Under the pieces are notes generated by a model. It saw only the letters and a list, made by a program, of their open reading frames with translations. It ran no database searches and was not told where the DNA came from. Of a DNA stretch of 64,000 bases, positions 9,057 through 16,761 are shown piece after piece; within the stretch, counting starts at the first letter, position 1; each line of letters starts with the position of its first letter. Position numbers and translations under genes: made by a program. Origin of the DNA: Acidimicrobiia bacterium (GTDB lineage: Bacteria > Actinomycetota > Acidimicrobiia > Spongiisociales > ZC4RG35); contig DATKEA010000102.1 in assembly GCA_035544615.1 (NCBI GenBank), positions 4,015 to 68,014 on the forward strand, written 5' to 3'.

Positions 9057-9976
9057 CGCACCAACACGTCGAGCATCACGGCGGCGAACAACGCCGACAG
9101 ATAGACCGTCGATGTGGTGAACAGACGCATCGCGTCACGGGGTCGTAGATAGACCCGCCACGTGTCCCACAAGAACCATGCGCCCAGGACGAGCGCGGCG
9201 ACGAGGTATGTCCAGCGCATCCCGGCCACCGGGACCAACAGGAGACTGACCCCAACCATCAGACCGGTGTAGAGCAACATCTTGCGCGTGGTGGCCTCCA
9301 CCCCAGCCACAACCGGGAGCATGGGGACCCCGGCCCTCGAATAGTCATCGCGATAGCGGATGGCCAGTGCCCAAAAGTGTGGCGGTGTCCAATAGAAGAC
9401 CACGAGGAAGAGGACCCATGCCGGCAGACCGACCGACCCGGTGACCGCCGCCCAACCGACCAGGACGGGGGCGGCGCCCGCCGCACCTCCGACCACGATG
9501 TTCTGGGAACTGGTCCGTTTCAGGGCGATCGTGTAGACGAACACGTAGAAGAGCAGGGCGGAAGTCGATATCGCGGCGGCGAGGAGATTGGCCGCGCTCC
9601 ACAGCCAGGCAAAACCCGCCACGCCAAGCACCACACCAAAGATCAGGGCGCTGCGGGCGGGTATCTCGTGACGGGCCAGGGGCCGCCCCCTGGTCCGTCG
9701 CATCACCACGTCGATGTCGCGGTCGACGTAGTTGTTCAGGGCGTTGGCACCCCCAGCCGACAGGGAGCCGCCAATCAGCGTGGCCACAACGAGCCAGGTA
9801 CCGGGCCACCTACCCGCCGCCAGCACCATCGCCGGCACCGTCGTGATCAGCAACAACTCGATGATCCGCGGCTTGGTGAGGGCGAAGTACGCGGCCACCC
9901 GCGAGCGCGTCCGGCCCGCGGTCTGGTGAGGATCGGTGATCAGCGGGATGACCAGGTCGTGGCCCTCACTCGACAT
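9053..9976 (-). CDS. ctaB: protoheme IX farnesyltransferase (heme O synthase)
   Basis: 307 aa from ATG 9976, preceded by GAGGAG. UbiA-family motifs NNYVDRDIDVVMRRT and YWTPPHFWALA. The ORF-track N-terminal 49 aa are rejected. Confidence 0.9.
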   Translation of the reverse strand: MSSEGHDLVIPLITDPHQTAGRTRSRVAAYFALTKPRIIELLLITTVPAMVLAAGRWPGTWLVVATLIGGSLSAGGANALNNYVDRDIDVVMRRTRGRPLARHEIPARSALIFGVVLGVAGFAWLWSAANLLAAAISTSALLFYVFVYTIALKRTSSQNIVVGGAAGAAPVLVGWAAVTGSVGLPAWVLFLVVFYWTPPHFWALAIRYRDDYSRAGVPMLPVVAGVEATTRKMLLYTGLMVGVSLLLVPVAGMRWTYLVAALVLGAWFLWDTWRVYLRPRDAMRLFTTSTVYLSALFAAVMLDVLVR

Positions 9977-10133
9977 CCGTCTCCTCTTCGACTTTCTCTT
10001 CGTCGGCCTCGGCCGCCTCAGCGGCCCTCCTCGCCTTCCGCTCCGCCCAACGCAGGGCGACGATCGCAAACAGAGCCGGCAGGACGAACACCCCGACTTC
10101 GTCGATACCCCAATAATGCGCAAGTGTGAACAT
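9966..10133 (-). CDS. 55-aa single-TM small membrane protein (not in ORF track)
   Basis: ATG 10133 overlaps the upstream TGA as TGATG, and the ORF ends 11 nt inside ctaB. Translation: MFTLAHYWGIDEVGVFVLPALFAIVALRWAERKARRAAEAAEADEEKVEEETDVE. One hydrophobic helix is followed by a basic then an acidic tail. GC3 is about 75 percent, like neighbouring genes. Confidence 0.5.
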   Translation of the reverse strand: MFTLAHYWGIDEVGVFVLPALFAIVALRWAERKARRAAEAAEADEEKVEEETDVE

Positions 10134-11491
10134 CAGGCTGAGAGGATCAATAGACCAAGTGTCGTCAGGGCAACCATAAGGAGAAGCATCGCGTACTGGG
10201 AGCGCACCGCTTCCCGCCCGAAGTCCGCAAGCGCCCGGTCATGGGCCAGCACCACTCCCAGAACATGACCGGTGACGATCACAGCGACCTGCACGTACCA
10301 GATCGGCTCCGATGCGGTGATGAAGAAATCGATTCTGCGCTCGGCGGTCCCGAACAAGTCCCAGCCCAAGGCGAAGGGATCCGACACGGCCGCGATGAGT
10401 TGTTGGCCTTCGAAGAGGATCAAGGTGAGATAGTGGGCGACGGCGTACGCCAGCGCGATCGGGACCAGGGTGTGGGCGAAGCGTCCGGCCACCCTCCTGG
10501 CAGTCCACTCGTCACCGACCATCCGTGCCGCCGCCACCGAGGCCACCCAGTAGGCCAACCCGATCACCAGCACCGTCGATACCAGCAACAGGGTCTGACC
10601 GGGCACCGTAGCCATGAGACCGCCGAACGCAGAGCGGAACCAAGGCGTGACTGCCGCCCCGTCGTAGCTGACGGTCCCGATGGCAATGACGACCATCGCG
10701 GCCAGACCCTTCCATTCCGGGATGACGGTCAGCGCCCGCAGCCAGCCTCGCCAAACGATCCGGCCGTCACCTCGTCGCCCCAGAGGGGAGATCGAGGAAA
10801 TGAGCCGGTTGTACGGAGTGAACGCATCGAACACGGCCAGTCCCGAATCGCGGCCGGCATAGGCCATGGAGCCGATCATCAACAGCGTGTAGACGAGGGC
10901 AGCTGCTCCCAGCGTGACGGCTGAGCCCGAGCCCGGGCTTACCAACTCCAACCAGGTGAAAGCCAGAAGCAGGAGACCGGCCGGCCAGATGCCCCATCGA
11001 TCGACCAACCAGAGACGTTCACCCTGTCCCACTCGAAGCGCCCGCCCCAGCGTCCGCCACGGGTTGACCTCGGTGTACCAATTGCCGACCACGACCCCCC
11101 CGAAGGGGATGACAAGCCAGAACACCACCCACACCAGCACGGGGGCGATTCCCGGCCTGGTGCGATCGGTGTCGAGGCCGAGCAGGGGAGGCACCAGCTG
11201 GCCCACGACCAGCAGCAGCCCGACCAATCCCACTGCCGGGATCATCCCTCTTCGTGGGGCCGAAAACCGCGCCGGCTCGTGACGCGGGCCGTCCTGCAGC
11301 CTGGGCTCCGGCCAGAGCACGGCCAGAGCCACGAAGCTGATGACGAGAACCACGCCGGCACCGACGATGAAATAGGTGACCGGCACCGGGAGATCCAAAC
11401 GGCCCCCGATTCCGTGAGCCAAGGCGATGGCCGGGAAGCCGACTACGAACCCAACAGCGATCAGGGAGGCGACGCCGAGGCGTCTGATCAA
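10133..11491 (-). CDS. conserved-looking polytopic (~11 TM) membrane protein of unknown function
   Basis: 452 aa from a TTG start (TTGA overlap with the upstream lipoprotein stop). N-terminus AIALAHGIGG. Paired histidines lie in late helices (AHTLVPIALAYAVAHY, GHVLGVVLAH). Confidence 0.75.
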   Translation of the reverse strand: MIRRLGVASLIAVGFVVGFPAIALAHGIGGRLDLPVPVTYFIVGAGVVLVISFVALAVLWPEPRLQDGPRHEPARFSAPRRGMIPAVGLVGLLLVVGQLVPPLLGLDTDRTRPGIAPVLVWVVFWLVIPFGGVVVGNWYTEVNPWRTLGRALRVGQGERLWLVDRWGIWPAGLLLLAFTWLELVSPGSGSAVTLGAAALVYTLLMIGSMAYAGRDSGLAVFDAFTPYNRLISSISPLGRRGDGRIVWRGWLRALTVIPEWKGLAAMVVIAIGTVSYDGAAVTPWFRSAFGGLMATVPGQTLLLVSTVLVIGLAYWVASVAAARMVGDEWTARRVAGRFAHTLVPIALAYAVAHYLTLILFEGQQLIAAVSDPFALGWDLFGTAERRIDFFITASEPIWYVQVAVIVTGHVLGVVLAHDRALADFGREAVRSQYAMLLLMVALTTLGLLILSA

Positions 11492-11982
11492 GGGGCCACC
11501 ACCAGCTCGAAGAGAAGGGTATGTGTCGACTCCAGCTCGACCTCGAAGATGCCGGGGATTTCGGCCGTCACAGAGATCTCGAGGGGGACCCCGGCTTTGA
11601 CGGTGAAGAACAGGTCGTACCCATGGACGTGGACCTCTTCGTCGGTGTCAGAGAGCACCCAGACCGAAACCTGCTCACCGAGGGCGTAGCTGAATCGGTC
11701 CTGGCCCACCACTTGCCCACCCTCGAAGTAGACATCCATCTGTTGTGCGGTTGTCGTGGGAGCAGAGGAGGTCGTGGTCGGCAAGGTACTTGTGGTCGTG
11801 GTCGGCAAGGTACTTGTGGTCGTGGGGGGCACGGCACTGGTGGTCGCGGTCGGCAACGTGCTGGTGGTCGTAGGAGGCCCGATCGAGGTCACCGCGTCGC
11901 TGGTGGCAGCTCCCCCTCCCTCGCCCGAGCAGGCCGAAACCACCAGTAGCACCGCCCACAACAGCCAGGTTCGATGGCGCAC
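11488..11982 (-). CDS. lipoprotein with Thr/Pro-rich repeat linker and small beta-sandwich (cupredoxin-like?) domain carrying HVHGY and ESTH motifs
   Basis: 164 aa from GTG 11982 (alternative ATG 12015). Lipobox VVSAC, repeats TTTSTLPT, and C-terminal EEVHVHGYD...FEVELESTHTLLFELVV. Confidence 0.7.
   Translation of the reverse strand: MRHRTWLLWAVLLVVSACSGEGGGAATSDAVTSIGPPTTTSTLPTATTSAVPPTTTSTLPTTTTSTLPTTTSSAPTTTAQQMDVYFEGGQVVGQDRFSYALGEQVSVWVLSDTDEEVHVHGYDLFFTVKAGVPLEISVTAEIPGIFEVELESTHTLLFELVVAP
11771..11866. repeat. 24-bp tandem repeat array (2 perfect plus 2 degenerate units) inside the lipoprotein linker
   Basis: gtcgtggtcggcaaggtacttgtg occurs at 11771-11794 and identically at 11795-11818. 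Degenerate units follow to about 11866. Encodes (TSTLPTTT)n. Confidence 0.9.
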
Positions 11983-12042
11983 GGTCGAACCGTAGATCTC
12001 CCCTCCCCAGAACATCGATTCGGGCCAATAGGCTTCCGGCTC

Positions 12043-14532
12043 ATGAAGTGGTTGCGTCGAACCCTGGTCGCGCTTCTCCTTCTCGCCGTGGTTCTGAGTG
12101 CGATCGCCTTCTTTCTCGTCCGTCGTTCCTTCCCGCCGGTACAGGGCGAGATCCAGGTCCAAGGGCTCGACCATCCCGTGGAGATCATCAGGGACGTCGA
12201 AGGGGTGTCCCACGTGTTCGCCTCCACGAGTCACGACCTGTTCTTCGCCCAGGGATACGTCCATGCCCAAGATCGCTTTTGGCAGATGGACTTCTGGAGG
12301 CACATCGGTTCCGGGCGGCTGGCCGAGATGTTCGGGGAGAGCCAGCTCGACACCGATATGTTTCTCCGCTCACTCGATTTCGTTGGCCTCTCGGAGAGTG
12401 AGCTGGACTCGATGGCACCTGAGGTCCGGGCGATACTCGAGGCCTACTCCGAGGGTGTCAACGCATATCTCGCTGAGCGAGCTCCAACTCAGATCAGCCT
12501 CGAGTACGGGATCCTCGCATTGCAGAGCTCGGGATACGAGATCGAGCCGTGGACACCGATCAACACCTTGACCTGGGCCAAAGTCATGTCTTGGGACCTG
12601 AGCTGGAACCTGTATCAGGAGATCGATCGCGCCATGGTCAGCGCCCGCCTCCCGGTCGAGCGGGTCGAACAGACCTACCCGCCCTATCCGGAGGGAAATC
12701 CGGTGGTGGTGCCCTCGGACCAAGCGGCGATGACCCGGGCTGAGATCACCGCAACGGCACCGGGCGCTCTCACCGCATTGGAGAAGGCCGGGGCGAGAGC
12801 CAGGGTCGTCTGGGACCTGACCGGCGGGGGTTTCGCCGGGATCGGCTCCAACAACTGGGTGATCGGAGGCTCCCGAACCGAATCCGGGCTTCCCATCCTG
12901 GCCAACGACCCCCATCTGGCAATCCAGATGCCCTCGATCTGGTACGTCAACGGGCTCCACTGCCTGGAGACGACGGCCGACTGCCCATTTCAACTGGCCG
13001 GTTTCTCATTCCCCGGCACCCCGGGCGTCATCATCGGCCACAACGACCACATCGCTTGGGGGCTCACCAACCAGCCCGTCGACACCCAGGACCTGTTCAT
13101 CGAGAAGGTGAACCCTGACGACCCCACGCAGTACGAGTTTGAGGGCGAGTGGATCGACATGGGGGTCAGGAGCGAGACGATCGAGATCGCCGGTGGCGAG
13201 CCAGTGACCTACGACGTGATGACGACTCACCATGGTCCGGTGATCTCCGACCTCTACCTCGAGGAAGGACAGCTCGACGGTACATCGCTCGACCTCCCCG
13301 ACGACTACGTGGTCAGCCTCGCCTGGGGAACCCTCGAGCCGTCGACACTTGTCGAGGCATTCATCGGGCTCAATCTGTCCACGAACTACGACCAGTTCCG
13401 CACCGCTCTGTCCAAATGGGACATCGCTGCCCAGAACGTCGTATACGCCGACATCGAAGGCAATATCGCCTACCAGTCGACGGGAAAGGTGCCGATCCGG
13501 GCCGGGGGCGACGGTAGATGGGCGGTGCCGGGCTGGACCGGGGAGTTCGAATGGACGGGGGTCGTCCCTTACGAGGAGATGCCGCGCATGTTCAACCCGC
13601 CCCGGGACTACATCGCTTCGGCCAACCAGCCGGTCATCCCCCCGGGCAACGACCCATTCCTCTCAGGAGACTGGGACCTGGGACACCGGGCGGCGCGGAT
13701 CGAAGACCTCATAGCAGAGGCATCGGGGGCCTACACGGTGGCCTCAGCCCGGGAAATGCAGATGGACGACCACGACGGCGGGGCGCCAAACGTTGTCCCC
13801 CATCTTCTGGCGGTGAGCCGTGACTCCGAACCGATCGGTGTGATGCAGGACGTGCTCGAGCCCTGGTCCACGGGTCGTGGTGCCTTCCGAGCCTCATCTG
13901 GATCGCCGGGTGCGGCCGCCTACCAGGCGACCTGGGTGCATCTTCTTCGCCTGACTTTCCACGACGAGCTGCCTGAGGAATCGTGGCCGGAAGGAGGCAG
14001 CCGCTGGTTCGAGCTGGTTGGCAATCTGGTGGAGTCACCCAACGATCCATGGTGGGACGATGTCAGCACCGAGCTCGTCGAGGACCGGGATACGATCCTG
14101 GCCCGAGCGCTGACCGATGCCCACGCCGAGCTGGTCGAGCTACTCGGGCCGGACCCGACCACATGGCAATGGGGCAGGATCCACCTGGCTCGCTTCGAGC
14201 ATCAGTCTCTCGGCCAGTCAGGCATCGGGCCGATCGAATGGCTCTTCAACCGGACTGCGCCATCCCGTCTCGGCGGCGGCGCCGACATCGTCAACGCGGT
14301 GGGTTTCTACCCGCCGGACGGCTATCAGGTGGATTGGATCCCCTCGATGAGGATGGTGATCGACCTCGCCGACCTCTCCCGATCGACGGCGATCAACACT
14401 ACCGGTCAATCGGGACACGCCTTCCATAGTCACTACAACGACATGATCGAGCCGTGGGCCGACGGCAAACAGCACCCGCTGCGTTGGACCCGGGGCCAGG
14501 TTGGGCCGACGCGGCAGCAACGCTCGAATTGA
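12043..14532 (+). CDS. penicillin acylase family protein (Ntn-hydrolase, S45; AHL/penicillin amidase-like)
   Basis: 829 aa from ATG 12043 with an N-terminal TM/signal. Nucleophile context GIGSNNWVIGG and ANDPHL. Confidence 0.9.
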   Translation: MKWLRRTLVALLLLAVVLSAIAFFLVRRSFPPVQGEIQVQGLDHPVEIIRDVEGVSHVFASTSHDLFFAQGYVHAQDRFWQMDFWRHIGSGRLAEMFGESQLDTDMFLRSLDFVGLSESELDSMAPEVRAILEAYSEGVNAYLAERAPTQISLEYGILALQSSGYEIEPWTPINTLTWAKVMSWDLSWNLYQEIDRAMVSARLPVERVEQTYPPYPEGNPVVVPSDQAAMTRAEITATAPGALTALEKAGARARVVWDLTGGGFAGIGSNNWVIGGSRTESGLPILANDPHLAIQMPSIWYVNGLHCLETTADCPFQLAGFSFPGTPGVIIGHNDHIAWGLTNQPVDTQDLFIEKVNPDDPTQYEFEGEWIDMGVRSETIEIAGGEPVTYDVMTTHHGPVISDLYLEEGQLDGTSLDLPDDYVVSLAWGTLEPSTLVEAFIGLNLSTNYDQFRTALSKWDIAAQNVVYADIEGNIAYQSTGKVPIRAGGDGRWAVPGWTGEFEWTGVVPYEEMPRMFNPPRDYIASANQPVIPPGNDPFLSGDWDLGHRAARIEDLIAEASGAYTVASAREMQMDDHDGGAPNVVPHLLAVSRDSEPIGVMQDVLEPWSTGRGAFRASSGSPGAAAYQATWVHLLRLTFHDELPEESWPEGGSRWFELVGNLVESPNDPWWDDVSTELVEDRDTILARALTDAHAELVELLGPDPTTWQWGRIHLARFEHQSLGQSGIGPIEWLFNRTAPSRLGGGADIVNAVGFYPPDGYQVDWIPSMRMVIDLADLSRSTAINTTGQSGHAFHSHYNDMIEPWADGKQHPLRWTRGQVGPTRQQRSN

Positions 14533-14540
14533 TCCCCTAG

Positions 14541-14700
14541 GGGTAGGTCGGTCAAAATAGGGGGCGCGTAGCTCCGAGCCATCGAGGTCTCTGGCAAGAA
14601 GAAGCGCGCAGTCGCAGCCGGGGAGCTGCGGCGAGCACTTCGACGCAGCCAGGGGCATCGAGTGCCGGAGAAACGCCGTCAGTATTTGACCGACCGACCA
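14541..14700. repeat. 160-bp imperfect-palindromic intergenic element, copy A (divergent family member)
   Basis: Terminal inverted repeats GGTCGGTCAAAATA / TATTTGACCGACC. Internal blocks shared with copies B and D (GTAGCnCCGAGCCATCG, CTGGCAAGnA, ACGCAGCCAGGGGC). Flanked by CTAG (14537-14540) and CTAC (14701-14704). Confidence 0.8.
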
Positions 14701-16716
14701 CTACGGGTCGGTGCTCAACACCGCCTCGACCATGGTGTCGTAGAAGGCCACGGCCCCGCCCCAATCGGCGGGGGCGTCGTTGGTGAGCACATTGACGTTC
14801 GCCTCTTCGCCCCACCATCCCCAGGGGATCGCAGCCAATCCGGGGCGCAGCCTTTCGCTGATCCGCGCCGACAGCTCGAGAGCACCCCGATCGTTGAAGA
14901 CCCGCACCCGGTCGCCTTCTCCAATACGACGTTCCTGGGCATCGGCCGGGTCGATCTCGAAATAGGGGCCCCGCTCCCGATCGGCATGATGCTTTGAGTA
15001 GGAGCTGTTGAGGAACCGGGTGTGCGTCTTCGGGCTGAGGAGAATCAACGGGTAACGCCGGCTCAAGTCACCACCCGGGCCCTCCCCGGCCGGGTTGAAC
15101 TCGGGCAGCGCGGCTCTCCCACTGGCTGCCAGCTCCTCGGAGTAGAGGTGGGCTTTGCCGTCCGGGGTGGCATAGCCACCCTCCGCGTAAGGAAGCACTT
15201 GATCGGGGAGGTTGAGCCTGGCGAAGCCGTCTCGTTTCAGACCGTCCACATCGACCTCGGGCAGGGCTCTCCGCAAAAGGGCCTCGTCATCGAGATCGAA
15301 CTCGGGGTCGTCGAAGCCCATGGCGCGGGCCATGCGCCGCCATAGCTCGGTGTTGGGCACGGCCTCCCCGAGTGGCTCGATTGCTGGGTGGTTCCAACCG
15401 AGATATAGGTGCCCCCACGAGGGCACCATGTCGACTTGCTCGATTTGAGTTGTCGCCGGGAAGACGACATCCGCATACATGGCGGTGTCGGTGATGAATT
15501 GCTCGCTGACCACCGTGAAAAGATCCTCCCGTTCCAGACCCCGCCGGATGGCGGCCGCATTGGGAGCGGAGATCACCGGATTGCCATTCCATACGACGAG
15601 AGCGCGGATCCCCATCTCCGGAGACGTGAGCACCTGTCCGAGACGGTTCATGCTCACTCCGCGCGTCGGCTGATCGACCTCCACCACAGACATGTCGACG
15701 GCTGCCTCCGACCAGATGCCGACGGATCGCGATAAACCCCCTCCCCGGTGTCGCCAGGATCCGGTGAGAACGGGGAGACAGGCCAGGGTGCGGAAGAACA
15801 TGGCGCCGTTCTCGTGGTGCTCGGCTCCGATGAGGGTCCTGATGAACGACCGCGGGGTCGAGCCGTAGGCGAGAGCCAGGGATTCGATCTCCGTCGGGTC
15901 CAACCCACAGACGGCTGCCGCCCGCTCGGGGGACCAGGCGGCCACATGCTCTGCCAGCTGCTCGAACCCCACACTGTGGGTCTGCACGTATTCGCGATCA
16001 ATCAGGTCATCGCGAACCAGCACGTGCATCACCGCCAGCATCAGGGCGACGTCGGTTCCGGGGAGAGGCTGGATGAACCAGTCAGCCGAACCGGCGGTGA
16101 TCGTCCTGATCGGGTCGATCACCACCACCCGCGCCCCTTTGGCCCTCGCCTCTTCGACGAAAGGCCACAGGTGACGGTTGGTGAGACGGGTGTTGGTGCC
16201 CCACAGGATCACCAGGTCGGCAAAACGGACGTCCATCGGGTCCGCGCTCCGCCCGTCACCGTAAGTGGCGGCGACACCGGCGCCGGCTCCTGCCCCACAT
16301 AGCGAGTCGATCTGGCGTGAGGCGCCGAGCCGGGCGAAGAACAAACGATCGAGAAAGCTCATCTGCACCAGCCCCTGCGTCCCCGCATCGCCCCAGGGAA
16401 GGATGGCCTCGCCACCTTGCTCGGCGATGATCAGCCGAAACTGATCCGCCACCAGATCGACAGCCTCCTGCCAGGACGCCTGCCGGAAAGTGCCGGCGCC
16501 CTTCGCCCCGGTGCGGATCAGGGGATGGAGCACCCGCTCCGGGTGATAGACACGCTCCAGGAACCTGTTGACCTTGGGACAGAGCTCGCCACGCGAGTAT
16601 GGATGGACCGGGTTGCCGCGCATCTTCACCGCGCGCCCGTCCTCGACGGTGACCACCCACCCACAACTGTCGGGGCAGTCGTGATGACAGGTCCCCAACA
16701 CAACCTCAGTCGTCAT
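14701..16716 (-). CDS. molybdopterin (bis-MGD) oxidoreductase, DMSO-reductase superfamily
   Basis: 671 aa with an N-terminal Fe-S motif CHHDCPDSCGW...CPK, plus molybdopterin-binding and C-terminal barrel regions. Confidence 0.9.
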   Translation of the reverse strand: MTTEVVLGTCHHDCPDSCGWVVTVEDGRAVKMRGNPVHPYSRGELCPKVNRFLERVYHPERVLHPLIRTGAKGAGTFRQASWQEAVDLVADQFRLIIAEQGGEAILPWGDAGTQGLVQMSFLDRLFFARLGASRQIDSLCGAGAGAGVAATYGDGRSADPMDVRFADLVILWGTNTRLTNRHLWPFVEEARAKGARVVVIDPIRTITAGSADWFIQPLPGTDVALMLAVMHVLVRDDLIDREYVQTHSVGFEQLAEHVAAWSPERAAAVCGLDPTEIESLALAYGSTPRSFIRTLIGAEHHENGAMFFRTLACLPVLTGSWRHRGGGLSRSVGIWSEAAVDMSVVEVDQPTRGVSMNRLGQVLTSPEMGIRALVVWNGNPVISAPNAAAIRRGLEREDLFTVVSEQFITDTAMYADVVFPATTQIEQVDMVPSWGHLYLGWNHPAIEPLGEAVPNTELWRRMARAMGFDDPEFDLDDEALLRRALPEVDVDGLKRDGFARLNLPDQVLPYAEGGYATPDGKAHLYSEELAASGRAALPEFNPAGEGPGGDLSRRYPLILLSPKTHTRFLNSSYSKHHADRERGPYFEIDPADAQERRIGEGDRVRVFNDRGALELSARISERLRPGLAAIPWGWWGEEANVNVLTNDAPADWGGAVAFYDTMVEAVLSTDP

Positions 16717-16761
16717 CCCGCAACCGTAGCCCGGTCCCCGATGAGCCTGATCTCAACTCGG

